Assembly (NCBI RefSeq): GCF_001194135.2
Contig: NC_069003.1
Span: 34,569,467-34,629,802, forward strand
Direction of reading: 5' to 3'
DNA: 60,336 nucleotides
From: Octopus bimaculoides
Taxonomy: Eukaryota
Part shown: one piece after another, positions 47,457-60,336 of the stretch
Numbering within the stretch: position 1 is the first letter of the stretch
Layout: every line of letters begins with the position of its first letter
The notes under the pieces: model-generated
Told to the model about the DNA's origin: nothing
The model's input: the letters and a program-made list of their open reading frames with translations, nothing else
Databases searched by the model: none
Program-made: the position numbers and the translations under genes

Positions 47457-48329
47457 GTGAGTATTCATGGGGGACGTAGTGGACTAGTTGGTCGGAGCTG
47501 GGTCAACCTACCCCAGGTGAATGTCACCGCAAGTACAACTAAGTAAAGAAGTTTATTTAAACAGATCCTTAACGACATCAATCTCAACGATGGAGTGGGG
47601 GAGGGGCTGGCTGAAAAGATCATGGGTTGTGTTCCTTCTTCCAGAAATAGCAAGCAAAAGAAGAAATTTCTCCAATCTTGTTATAGAAGATAACTAATCT
47701 GAGTAACGAATCTAAATTTCTATAGATAGTCAGCTTAGACATCCAACTCTTCTGAGCAAACCATATGAAATAACTACTGTATTATTAACAGCACAAAAGC
47801 AATGTGTAAATATATCTCGTGCTTATATTATCTGATTTAATTAACATCTCTTAGACACGATAAACATACAAAGGAGAGAAATAAGTTAACCTATAATGAT
47901 ACAAGCTAAAATATATCGGATTTGGTGGTTTTTATGTGGATATTTCCGAAGGAAGATGTGAACATTGTGCTTGATTTTATTTTGTACTTTAATTTTATTA
48001 CGATGGAAAACAAGACAGATCTACTCGACACTTCCACAATCTCTTTATAAGTGATATAAAGCATAATAGAGGCTGCAAATAAACTATATAACCAACTCTG
48101 CACATATACAGACATATGTCACTCTCTCTCTCTGTCTTTCTGTCTTTTTGTCCTTCTATATATACTACATGTATGTGCATATATTCATGTATATACAGAT
48201 TTGTATAAATAAACTGGTGTATGTATATGCGTGTCTATGTATGTGTACCTTTACATGAGCGGCAAACTAATACACCTGCTTGTTGTTCATGCACCTGTCT
48301 TCGTCTTTTGTCTTTCTATAAATTTCAAC

Positions 48330-48453
<124 letters not shown>

Positions 48454-48510
48454 AATACGTATACATATTTCTATATATATGTTTATGTGCATATCTGTGC
48501 GTGTGTGTGT

Positions 48511-48930
48511 GTTCGGTGAAAAAAAACTTATTGCAGTTTACCCATCAACTTTAAAGCTATATATCTCAGCTTGAAATAAATTTTATTAATTGAATTACCA
48601 ACCTTTAAAATCTACGGTTTCATGACAATCACAAACAAGTCTATTCTAGTAGCAGAGAATTCTGTATGTCTGGAATCAACGAATTCTTTGAAGGTGCTTC
48701 GAGCCGCCGCTTCGTCGTTCAAAAGTCTTCTTACTGCAAATTATCTCGAGGCTTGTAAAGATGGTAATCGGTAGCGGTGAGGTCTGGCGATTAAGATGGT
48801 AGAAGCAGAGTTTCCCAGCCCAAATCACCGACATATTCTTGCAAGGATTATGGGGAAGAATTATCTGCTGTTGACCAATGCTGGACATAAACGCTGTAGT
48901 TTTCGCATTATTTTCCCGATGTCCTGGCAA
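48511..48930 (-). mobile_element. Mariner transposase pseudogene (DDD C-terminal half)
   Basis: The minus frames read RKLQRLCPALVNSR, then LGWETLLLPS*SPDLTATDYHLY, matching the mariner motif LGWEVLPHPPYSPDLAPSDYHLF. Multiple stops. Confidence 0.85.
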
Positions 48931-49294
48931 CACCTGTCTGTTGTGATAGTTTCAATAGTTTGAACTGATCTAAATGTTTGAAGAGTGTTGTTAACAATGC
49001 CTTTGTTTTGTAAATCTTAACTTTTCTGACGAAAGTCAGCATAAATTAACAGTGATTATCAATGACTAAAACGATTAGCATAAATCTAGAAACACCTTTG
49101 GACATATACATAGCATGAATATAGTTAAATAAATGTGTACTGGAAAATAAATATCGAAGTTTAAAACAAGACACACCAAAATGCCAAACATAATATACAT
49201 ATATACATAGATGCATGGAAGTATACATGTATACATACAGAAATACCTTGTAAGCCTTCCAATTCCCTAAATAATTAGAACATCAGGGATGTGA

Positions 49295-49472
49295 TAACTG
49301 GTGGGAGACAAAGCTGCGCCATGGGTGGTACTCATTGTCACCAGAATAAACTGAAGCAACGTGAATAGAATAATAATCTTGTTCAAGGACCCAACACACT
49401 CCCTGGTCCTGGAATTGAACCAATGACTTTACGATCGTGAGCACGGCGTTATAACCACTAAGTCATGCACCT
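49295..49472 (-). mobile_element. SINE family C, 5' half
   Basis: AAGCAACGTGAA...TCTTGTTCAAGGACCCAACAC...GGAATTGAACC...TAACCACTAAG (reverse of the tRNA head). Confidence 0.7.
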
Positions 49473-50489
49473 TCGATCGTTCGGCATAAAGAACATCTAT
49501 AACATCTATAACAGGAAAAGAATGGCAATGATAATAATGGTTTCTTACATCTAAAGCGCAAATTTATAGACTTGTAGCACAGACACTTCAATTGGCTATC
49601 CGTGTATTATAATATACCAATGTATTGTTATATACTGATATATGAGACCTAATTAGGTTGAAATGGCGATTTTCTCTAGAGTTACAAACGCGAAAGTATT
49701 TGTAAGAGCGTGTATCCTTACGTATTTGAGTCTGTGTGTTATGTATGTGTATCTATGCGTATGTGTGTATATGTGTGTGTTTGGTGTATTCGGCGAAGAA
49801 TTGTTTAACCCTGCGTCGTTGTGTATGGGAGCGTTGTTAAGTAGTTGTATGCGTATTTGAGAGGGAATGGTTGTTTGCGCACATATATGCATATATGTAT
49901 GTGCACACGTATGTGCATATGTATGTGTGAGTGTGTGTGTGTGTGTTGATGCATACCACTGTCCGTAGAGGCCTATGTGTAAATATGCGTATGTGGATGT
50001 ATGCGTTTCTTTCTTGCCCTCTGCCAAGAAAAATCAGTTAACAAGAAAAGATTGCTGACATAGCTAGTAATTGTATCATCAAATCAACAGATATGCATGC
50101 ATGTGTGTGTGTACGTATGTACACATATATATATATGTACACATATATATATATGTACACATATATTTACTGCATTATCCCCTTCCCTCTCTCCACTACT
50201 TTCTCTTTCCCTCTACACTTCTCTCTCTCTCTCTCCCCCTCTCTCTCTTTCTCTTGAACCTCATTTTCCCCTCTTCCTTACACTTTAACGGTCTCTTACT
50301 TTCTGACTATGTCGATACCTATACCACCTTCACCTTAACTAGTTGCGTCTCAGTTTTCAGGAATCATACGCAACCTGGTAATTTCTGAATGAATGTTTCC
50401 AACTGGCCTCAGCTATCGTATCATTTTTATCACTAATAAACCGGTGCTTTCGAACAAAACTAACCTGTAGATTTTATTCCACCCGAGTT

Positions 50490-50556
<67 letters not shown>

Positions 50557-50912
50557 CTTGTTTTAATCATTAGACTGTGGCCATGCTGGGGTACCGTCTT
50601 GAACATTTTTAGTCGATTGTATCGACCCCATTATTTACTTTTTTAAAGCCTGGTTCTGATTCTGTCGGTCTCGTTTGTCGAACCACTAAGTTACGGGTAC
50701 GTAAAAACACCAGCACGGTTGTTAATCGGTGGTGGGGGAAAAACACAGACAGAAAGACATATACATGCACATACATACATATATGCGACGGTCTTTTTTC
50801 AGTTCCCATCTACCAAACCCCAAGGTAGAAGTTACTGGCGCAAAGTGCCACGCAGCGGGACTGAACCCGGAACCATGTGGCTGGAAAGCATGCTTCTTAC
50901 CACACAGCCATG
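50557..50912 (-). mobile_element. SINE family B, full length
   Basis: GACTGTGGCCATGCTGGGGTACCG...CTAAGTTACGGG...GGGACTGAACCCGGAACCATGTGG...CTTCTTACCACACAGCCATG. Confidence 0.9.
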
Positions 50913-51240
50913 TCTAAAACTATCTACCTTATTTGCATATGTTCCCCTAGACTTGCTCATATAATTTATTAATTATATAATATAATATGAAGGGTTTCGT
51001 TATTTCATTATTTCAACAATTTTAATCATCGGAACTCACCAGAGAAATAACCTCAGAAATAATCACAGTCGCATTAATTGCAGAAATTTATTAATTATTA
51101 AATCACCATTCAATTAGTTAATTATTCAGTGGGGGCACCCCTTTATAATTAAATTATCGATTAATCTCATTACCCAGCACTAATGAACTTTTTATTTACT
51201 AATATTTTTTTGTAGTATGTTAGTAACTACGGGAGTTATA

Positions 51241-51281
51241 AAGATTGTCCTCCGCTGATGAAGTCAGCGGAGGACAATCTT
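51241..51281. repeat. Perfect 18-bp inverted repeat with 5-nt loop
   Basis: AAGATTGTCCTCCGCTGA-TGAAG-TCAGCGGAGGACAATCTT. Confidence 0.95.
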
Positions 51282-51444
51282 CTCAGTTGCCTCCCTTGAT
51301 TGCTCAACCCAACAATAATGTTGGCTAAACCACGTCACGTGTTTGTCATTCGTTCTATTTGATCCTTCGGGAGTTGCTTTTGATATTGAGAACTTTGGAA
51401 ATAATCAAACCTATATTTTTGTTTTTTTTTCCTTATTCTAAGCT

Positions 51445-51870
51445 AACATCATCACCATCATCACCATCATCACCATCATGATCATCATGATCATCGTCAT
51501 CATTATCGTCATCCACATCATTTAGACAACTACTACCGCTGCTGACGCTGTCCTCGTCGCCGCCGCCGCCGCCACCACCGCCGCCGCCGCCGCCACCGCC
51601 ACCGCAGCCATCGTCATCTTCATCATCATCATCATTATCACTACCATTGTGAAGAACAAGAAAACAAGAACATCATCATCACTATCCTCACGTTTTTTAT
51701 TTTATTTTACCAACATCCTTCTCCACCTCATCCTCTTCCTTCTCCTCACCACCACCACCATCATCATCACCACCACCAACATTATAATCATCATCATCGT
51801 CATCGTCATCGTCGTCGTCGTCGTCATCATCATCATCATCACCATCATCACCAACAACCCAACAACAACA
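51445..51870. repeat. (ATC)n/(GCC)n/(ACC)n/(GTC)n compound trinucleotide repeat
   Basis: Seen directly. Confidence 0.9.
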
Positions 51871-52400
51871 GACAGCCCTTGTCGAGTTCTCATTTCAACG
51901 GATAACCGACTTCCTTCCAATGCCGTGTCTGCTGTCATTTCGGCAACGAGATTCAATAAGATAACTTAGACAGAACTGACACAATCAATAACTTTCATAT
52001 TATCGATTCTTCACCCCACCCCGCTCCACCCCCACACGTCCCATCCCCACCCCTACACCACCACCTCTCTCATTCTCTCCCTTCCTCTCTTCAATCCATT
52101 ATCAGCTTTTTAACCACGTGATAGCAAAACGGGAAATTCAGACGCAGAAATTCTAAAATTAAAAACCAAAATTTAACCAGATGCTCTGTCACATTCCTCT
52201 TCTTATTGTCATTTTTAGTTTTATTCATATTATTTTCCATTTTATTTGTATTATTTGTTTTCTTTTTATTATTATCATTATTCTTTTCTGGGTAATTTAG
52301 TCTCTTTTGTTTGTGTTTTTGTTTTTTTTTAACATATCATTTGTCAAGACGGGAGAATAATAATACATCCTAAAATAAAATTGATATAGAAATACCTTCA

Positions 52401-52433
<33 letters not shown>

Positions 52434-52434
52434 C

Positions 52435-52570
52435 TTCAAGCCGAAGTATGAACCTCCTTACGTCCCACCACCATCTACGGGGCACATATCATTCCATACA
52501 TTGACCAGTGCTTCTTCTAATCCTTTCAGTGGCATATAGAAGGTGCTCACGTTTTTAGACATTATAACCA
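52435..52570 (-). mobile_element. Possible Tc1/mariner-superfamily transposase C-terminal remnant
   Basis: GLEEALVNVWNDM then VRRFILRLE resemble L...I...W..M....AC.RFR.RLEAV. Confidence 0.3.
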
Positions 52571-53089
52571 TGTCACTTCCTTCCTTGCTTTTTCCGTGAT
52601 AAAACCATCATCAAAGATGCGCAACATTTTTGTGAGATGCCTCTCCAAGCCCCCTTTTTTTTTCAGGAGCTGATTCAAAATAATTTTTTAAAACTTGAAA
52701 TGTTTGCTGAGCTGTTGTGTTCGTTGTTAAAAAAAAAGGTTTGAATATCACCGTTGATGTGTGATAAATTACGAAAGTATATTTTTTCCCTTAATGTGCC
52801 TGCCTTTGCAACTGTTATTTTAATTTTAACTTTATTTTTTTTTTAAATCTTCCTTTTTTGTCTAAAAATGTTGCTGCTGCGTTTGCGGCTATTTTTTTCC
52901 TCTACTATAGAAGACGCCATGTTTAAATACGGATAAAAAGAAAAAAAAAATTAAAAGTAAAACAATTGTCCAAGGAAAGAAACATTAATTTTTCAATTCA
53001 AGATTGCAAAGTGAACGCTGATATTGTTCAATTGGCAAAACGAAAAAAAAAAAAATGTAATGCTTTTCTTTATATAGTAAAACGAGGTA

Positions 53090-53770
53090 AATTCTATTCT
53101 ACGGAGTTATGCCAAAAACTGCCGTTCACAGAAAACAGCAACCACGACAATGATAGTGATATTGTTGCTGCTACCGAGAACAAAAAGCCTTTTAATCGAT
53201 GTGCCAATCCCAACAGATGACAATGTATCTCTAAAAGAAACAGAGAACCTCACAGAATACAAAAATCTGGAAGTAGAGATAATCCGAACGTGGCGTCTAA
53301 AAACCGAAACAATCCCAATGATAATAAGAGGGGGTGATAAGTAAGATTAAAAGCACATGCAGGCGTGGGTGTGTAACTTAGCATTTCGGCAAAAGAGACC
53401 GATGAAATAAGTACTAAGCTTACAAAAATAAGCCCTGGGGTCGATTTGTTCGACTAAAACCCTTCAAGTTGGTTGCCCTGCATGGCCGCAGTCAAATGAC
53501 TGAAACAAGTAAAAGTTAAAAGATAAAAACGAAATACATAACCAAAACAGCAGCACTTACGAATATATGTACAGAATATATATACAGAATGTATATAAGA
53601 TGAAGAAACTAGAACTTCTAGACACCGCACAAATCGTACGTAAAGCGCTTTCAATACAGCGAAAATAGCAACACTAAAACAAACCACTGCGCTCGGCAGT
53701 GCAGTGAAAGCACGTGATAAAAATAAGTCTATTGAATTATAATGATAATAGTAATAATAATAATAACAAC
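53090..53770 (+). mobile_element. R4/Dong-clade LINE 3' fragment, split by a SINE-B derivative
   Basis: KSLLIDVPIPTDDNVSLKETENLTEYKNLEVEIIRTWRLKTETIPMIIRG (RLE). It resumes after 53526 with KYITKT..LLDTAQIVRKALSIQ, the 3'UTR CTGCGCTCGGCAGTGCAGTGAAAGCACGTGATAAAAATAA and a TAA-rich tail. Confidence 0.88.
53352..53526 (+). mobile_element. SINE family B with large internal deletion
   Basis: A short head GCAGGCGTGGGTGTG is fused to TAACTTAGC...CCCTGGGGTCGATTTGTTCGAC...ATGGCCGCAGTCAAATGACTGAAACAAG. Confidence 0.85.
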
Positions 53771-54137
53771 AGTAATAGTTAGAAATGAACAACACGCTAA
53801 GTGAGCCAACGTTATAGTAGATAAAAGAGCAGATAACGGCATCAAGAGCTTTTATCAGTGTTAAACATCATTAAGATATTTGGTCGGGCGTTTGATGTTT
53901 AAACGAAACAAATGTAAATGCAGTTCTGCCATTTTGTTTGATAAATTAATCAACCATTTACGAGTTATGTCCCTTTGTGTGTCGCCTGTAACTAATGTCA
54001 TTGATGTTCGCATTACCTTTGATATGCTGTTGTTGTTGTTGTTGCTGTTGTTGTTGTTTAACCCCGAGTCAAAGCCGACAATCTCTGGTACGATAAAAAC
54101 TCATTCCATCTTTGACCATCTCGCCTTTTAAAACGTA

Positions 54138-54520
54138 TCTTTTATCTTTTACTTGTTTCAATCATTGGACTGCGACCATGCTGGTGCACCGCTTTGATAG
54201 GTTTGATCGAACAAATCGACTCTCGGACTTAGTTTCTTTTTCAGCCTGGTACTTATTCTATCGGTGTCTTTTGCCAAAGAGCTAAGTTACGGGAACGTAA
54301 ACAAACGCACACCGGTTGTCAAGTGGTGGAAGAAAGCAAATACAACGCAAATACGAAGATACACGCACACACACACATTCAGTTCCCGTCTCCCAAATCA
54401 ACTCTGAAAGGCTTTGGTCATCTCAGGTTTATAGCAGAAGATACTTGCCGAAGATGCCGCACAGTAGGACTGAACTCAAGATCACATGGTTGGGAAACAA
54501 GCTCGACAACCACACAACCA
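54138..54520 (-). mobile_element. SINE family B, full length, inserted in a family D repeat
   Basis: TTTATCTTTTACTTGTTTCAATCATTGGACTGCGACCATGCTGG...GGACTGAACTC...ACCACACAACC. D-family segments lie at 54050-54135 and 54545-54640. Confidence 0.88.
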
Positions 54521-55042
54521 GACAGTATCCAATATGTCCTACCTTCCCTTTTCAGAACGCTGGTTATGTGAATCGAAGATTATTTGGTTGCTATTTCTAG
54601 CATAAACATGAGCACATCGTGGCAGCTGCCTGGTCGGCTCTCCGCTTAATAAGTTCATATGATTAAATATCGCACTCGTTTCATTCTAGTCGTATATCAT
54701 TTGGCTAATCAAGAATTTGACAAGAGAGGATTGCATTAAAAATCACTCATTCTTTTAATCTAATATTCTGATGACGAAACAGGTCGATCAAAGTTACGAT
54801 TGGTTTCTTGATTTTGCTATTTATTCGATATCATTAGTTTAGGATATTGGGAAATGACATAGCTATTTTGATATCCTTTCATCTCGTGAAATAATAGTTT
54901 ATCAAACAGATTACATGCTAAATCCTAATTCAGAGCAATTCACAATCATCAGTTAATCAATATCCCTTCCTCCCCTTCCATTACTTTCTCTCTGCCTGCC
55001 TGTCTGACTGTCTATGTTTTATTCTCTCTCCCTCTCCCCCTG

Positions 55043-55044
<2 letters not shown>

Positions 55045-55132
<88 letters not shown>
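55045..55132. repeat. (CT)n tract
   Basis: Seen directly. Confidence 0.98.
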
Positions 55133-55135
<3 letters not shown>

Positions 55136-55655
55136 CTTTGTTTAGCTGAGTGATTTGACAGATGGACATTATCTTTGACATAAAATGACAGTGTTTTGCT
55201 TCTTTGAGCGCGCGCACGCTATCTCTGTTTACATACACACGCAGACGCGCACACATACACATGCACATACATGCACACACACACATAAAGACATACACAC
55301 TCTCTGTCTGTCTCGTATATCATATATGCATACAAACACACACACAAACACACACACACGCACACACGCACTTGCAATTAGTTCAAATTTGCTTAAGGCA
55401 TATTCGAACACGCATGAAAGCCATTCACTGCTTCTTGGCATGGAGAAAACTTCTCACTGTAGACAAAAAAGGTGTAACACACAAAGTGAGTACAAAGCGA
55501 CCTCTATCCAGATCAAAGTATGCATGCAGTTCGAGGTAGTTATCTCCTCTTTCAAAAGACAGGCGCTTTATATCTATGCGTATACATATATACATACATA
55601 CATACATACATACATACATGCATACATGCATACATGTATACATACATATATACAT

Positions 55656-55686
<31 letters not shown>

Positions 55687-55889
55687 TATATATATGCAGT
55701 TTTNNNNNNNNNNNNNNNNNNNNNNNNNNNNNNNNNNNNNNNNNNNNNNNNNNNNNNNNNNNNNNNNNNNNNNNNNNNNNNNNNTATATATATATACACT
55801 TGGAAGAGTATGGCGCTCAAACATAATAATATAAATAATATATATATGCATATATAATACATATGTATATGTATATACTTACATCTATA

Positions 55890-55960
<71 letters not shown>

Positions 55961-57189
55961 ATATGTGGGCAAAGGACGTCACGAAACGTGTACAACAAAA
56001 ATTACGAAGTACGGGTACATAAAATCTGAACTATTTTTTCGAACAACGAAAGGCATAAATGGAAAACAAGACAGAGAACACAAAAAACGACCCTTCATCA
56101 GTTGTTGGATGTTTTTCTACTCTCATACATACATATTGGTAACTATAGGAAAATGCTTTTAACCTCGTATGTAATATCAGGAGATACGGCATACATAGAT
56201 ACTATAATTATAATTTAAATTTTCTTAAATTTCTTGGTGCTTATTTAAAATGATTAATCGAATACTAATTTCCAAAAAAAATTTATTCATTACCTTTTAA
56301 TAAAATCAAATAAAACAAATTTCTCATTTGTATAATTACAATAAATATGTGTTATTATGTTATTATTTTTCTCAATTTTATCAACATAATTGCTATTGAG
56401 TCTATCGAAAACCTATGTCTGCCAAATTTCATTAAAAATATATTTGACGGAAATTTATAATATATTTCTCTCGCACTTGGAATATTAACTCTTTCTCCGC
56501 ATCTATTTTCCCCTCTGCTTCCATCTTTGTCTATACAATGGAAAACGTGACTTAGGAATCAACCGACAAACCAGCCAGCATTTATATTGGTTACTATACA
56601 CCCCTACCCCACAAACGCACACATACTACAAAACGTTTTGTCCAGCATTCTAACGATTCTGCTATTTCGTCGCCTTATAAATATCATACCTACATACATA
56701 ATACATACATACATATGTATAGGTATATGTGTATATATATAATTTAATATCATCTGGGCAATAACATTATATAGTGCATTCCAAAGCTCCTTTACAGGTG
56801 ACGGCTACCAGATGCCATCATAGTGTAGCACTTCTTTTACGGGACATACATGTGGAAATCCGTTAATATCCGCAGAATTTATACGTAAAAAAATTTATTA
56901 CAAGAAGATGGATTGAACAGGCTTTATTCCAAATAAATACAACAGTTTCTGCTCCACATCATCAGCTGCTTAATGTTATGTATATTATATACATTATTGC
57001 ATTGATGTGATCTATTAATGTGTATCTGCACATCTCTCGAACCCCGTAGGCTAATCATCAGGCGGATGTGATTTTCTTGTGTCTTATTTTCCTTTTCACG
57101 GTTATAACCAGAGCGAAGTTTCTTGGCGTAGGCTTCACGACTAATATACAAATCTTGTACGATATTTATTTTTGTTTCTGACAAGTCTA

Positions 57190-57447
57190 TATTATCTGGC
57201 ATTTCGTTAGAACACCTTGCTAGTGAGATTAACGTGCAAGTGGCTGAGCACTCCGCAGACACGTTTACCTTAGCGTAGTGTTCTGGGAGACTCAGCGAGA
57301 CACAAGAATGTGACAAGGTTGAGTGGACTGGAACAACGTGAAATAAAATGACTTGTTCAAGGACACAACGCGCTGTCGGGAATCGAAATCACGACCATAC
57401 GATTGTGAACTGAATAGCCCTAGCGCCTAAGCCACATGCCTTCACCG
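57190..57447 (-). mobile_element. SINE family C
   Basis: ATTAACGTGCAAGTGGCTGAGCACTCCGCAGACACG...CTTGTTCAAGGACACAACGCG...GGGAATCGAAATCACGACC. Confidence 0.85.
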
Positions 57448-57451
57448 CAAT

Positions 57452-57452
57452 G

Positions 57453-57539
<87 letters not shown>

Positions 57540-57750
57540 TCCCTCTCTCTCTATATATATAGACATATATGTATGTATGTACGTATGTTTGTACGTACTT
57601 ACGTACGTACGTATATTTGTATGTATGTATGTATGTATGTATGTATATATGTATGTATGTATGCATGTACGTATGTATGAACGTAAGTACGTACGTANNN
57701 NNNNNNNTATGTATGTATGTATGTATGTATGTATGTATGTATGTATGTAT
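57452..57750. repeat. (TATC)n/(TGTC)n/(ATGT)n compound microsatellite
   Basis: Seen directly. Confidence 0.95.
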
Positions 57751-59355
57751 GGATGTCTGGGTGTAAATATGTGAGCATGTATGTATATATGAAGCATGAA
57801 GTTTACAATTCTCAGGTTTGTAATTAAATCGTAAATTACATTTCTCGTTAGGAACTTCTTCGGTGGTTTTACACGTTTGTGGTTCGTTATTGATAAGAGG
57901 GCTTGTAATTTGAGTGTTATGTATTTTTTTCTTGTATTTTATTAGCGTTTATTCATGGTTTGGTGTAACGTGTTGAAACTTAAATGATGGATTTAAAACT
58001 TTTATAGATGGAAACTGCGAGAAAATCATGAGAAAATATCTAAAAAAAAAATATGTAATATTTTCATAATAATAATAATACTAGAGCATCCGTATATTCT
58101 ATATAAGAACTCCAAAACAAACNNNNNNNNNNATATACTTACGTATATATATATACACGTATATATATATATATATATATGTATATATACCCTCACACAC
58201 ACATATATTCATACATATACATATATGTCTATATATACTATAGACACGCGTATGTATGCGTGTATGTATATACATACACATATGGTGACACACAAAGAGA
58301 GAGAGAGAGAGATGGGGCGGGGGGAGTAGAAAGAGAGGTAACATTCACACATTCTTCAATAATTTAACAATTTGAATTGTATTAAATTTTTGATTTGAAC
58401 ATTCGTTTCGCTGAGTTTACCTTGCTTAAAATTGTGAAAAATACCAGCATAAATATTCATGTCATGTAATCATTGTATCATAAAATCGGTCGCTTAGGAT
58501 AAAGAGAAGAAAAGAAAAAAAAGAAAAAAGAAATGGAACGTACACGTGGGGAATTTATTAGAAACTACATCTAAAAACATGATATAAAGTATGATGAACA
58601 AATTGAAAATCTCATTGAAAGACATAAATGATAGAAAAAATTAAATTAACAAAAAATAATTAACCTAAAATTCGTTTACAAATCTAAATTAAGGAATTCG
58701 AGAAATTTATTGAAGAACACAGTATTGATTTTAGCAAATAATGTAGGGAAATAAAATATTATGGAAAAAATCCCCACCAAAAAAAAAAAAACGAAGGAAA
58801 AAAGAAATATGAAAAAATAGCAGCAGTAAATACCAAAATAAAACAGAAATACAATAAATGGGATATATTCATTGAAATGGTTGAAATAAAATGGCAACAA
58901 TGACAAGAGGAAGAACATAAATGATTGAAATCAATTAAAATTACTACATCTAGCAGCTGCATTATCAAGTACAATCTTTTTAGGTTAGAACACAATAAAC
59001 ATTTTGCTTGAGAATTCCTCATAACGTTATACAATTGTCAATAGGAGGCCGCCATATTGGATTTGCATAATTTTTCTTGAGGATCGTTTTTTTTCTTCTT
59101 TCTATCTTTTTAAATGTGACGCCATTGTGAAATGAGAAGTAAGAAGCATTTAACCTTGTTACTACTGATTCTATTTTAAATTTCTGCTTCACTTAACTTC
59201 GAGAAATGCACCAACATATCAAACTAAACAACCTTTTGACTTTTCTCGTTGTCTATTTCTAGCGCGTTCTTTATCGTATTTTTACCTTTCTAACCTATTC
59301 ACCTCATTGATCTCATTTAAAGCTCTCTCTCTCTCTCTCTCTCTCTCTTGTCCCC

Positions 59356-59409
<54 letters not shown>

Positions 59410-59502
59410 GATTTATCTAAGTATCTGTCACTGACTATTAGCAGTTTCTTTAACCTCCGGACGTTATTTTCTTGCAGGAATTACTCTTTAGACAACAAGT
59501 GA

Positions 59503-59742
59503 ACCACAAGGTTACGGAGACGTAAACACACCAACATCGGTAGTCAAGCAACGGTGAGAGACAAAGATACACACACATACACGCACGGAGGCTTCTTTCA
59601 GTTTCCATCTACCAATTCCTCTCACAAGGCTCTGGGTGACCCGAGGTTATAACAGAAGACAGTTACCTAAGGTGCCACGCAGTGGCACTGAACCCGGAGC
59701 CACGTTGGCTGGGAAGTAAACTTCTTACCACACAACCATACT
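59503..59742 (-). mobile_element. SINE family B, 5' two-thirds
   Basis: GGCTTCTTTCAGTTTCCATCTACC...GGTGCCACGCAGTGGCACTGAACCCGGAGCC...CTTCTTACCACACAACCATAC. Confidence 0.88.
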
Positions 59743-60286
59743 AAGAAATATGCAAACAAGATAAAGAATGTGGAAAACAGGAATAGCTGTAAATGCTAGT
59801 TCAGTCTCATTTCAAAATGCTACAGCTCAGCTCTAAGCCACGGGTCGAGAAACATTTAGTGTTTGGTAGGTGAGGGCTTCATTTTGACACATCTATCGTC
59901 AGTTCCCCATCATCTGATTGATTGTAGTCTCAACTATTTCCCCCGTTACTCAATCTGCTTTCAAGAATTACTGCTATTATGAGTCAGTTAACACGAGTCT
60001 TTACGCCTATTTGCTCTTTACAGATAACGTTCGATGCATCTATGACCCGCTTAACCATTCTACCGTACGGAAGGATTGAATAACTTGACTATTCCTCTTG
60101 TCTTCTTCATTTCTAATACTTCGTTGTCATTGCTACATATTTTCTGCTTCGTATATTTGCAAAGAGAAGGCAGTTATCTCTAACATAAACACTATCGAAT
60201 ACAAACGGCATTTAACGACAGCATAATATTGTGAATCAACTCTCAGCTTACTGTACTTCACTCTTTCTCTCTCCCCAGTTCTCCCT

Positions 60287-60336
<50 letters not shown>

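Noticed and set aside
51255-51285. CTGATGA as a hammerhead ribozyme core
   Set aside because: There is no downstream GAAA or stem II/III, and the motif is locked in a perfect hairpin.
52010-52060. C-run cluster (G-quadruplex on the minus strand)
   Set aside because: Low-complexity tract with no functional context.
55965-56125. CTGATGAAGGG on the minus strand in a probable repeat terminus
   Set aside because: No GAAA or cleavage-site geometry is present in the available sequence, and the family cannot be supported from this window alone.
60023-60065. Acceptor TATTTGCTCTTTACAG| followed by xNVRCIYDPLNHST
   Set aside because: Only a weak donor follows (ACC|GTACGG), and there is no other support.

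Overview
This is repeat-dominated eukaryotic DNA from a gapped short-read draft assembly, with 13 N-runs mostly flanked by (TA)n or (CT)n tracts. The SINE families, R4/Dong-type LINEs and extreme microsatellite density look like an octopod cephalopod, probably Octopus; this is my inference from pattern recognition, not a database result. I found no confidently identifiable host protein-coding gene, rRNA, tRNA gene or CRISPR. Nearly all ORFs in the supplied track are microsatellite or N-gap artefacts. What the sequence does support: (1) three tRNA-like SINE families (A, B, C) in about 35 copies; (2) at least eight fragments of R4/Dong-clade non-LTR retrotransposons with RT and restriction-like endonuclease motifs, seven on the minus strand, including a same-strand stack at 23-32 kb and two young copies inserted in (TAA)n tracts; (3) CR1- and RTE-type LINE remnants, mariner remnants, a mariner MITE and two hAT MITEs; (4) three unexplained hairpins and several weak splice-signal-defined exon candidates. 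The window reads as a large intron or intergenic region. The most interesting signals concern retroelement-microsatellite interplay, inverted SINE pairs and a few candidate exons. None amounts to a demonstrated new system.
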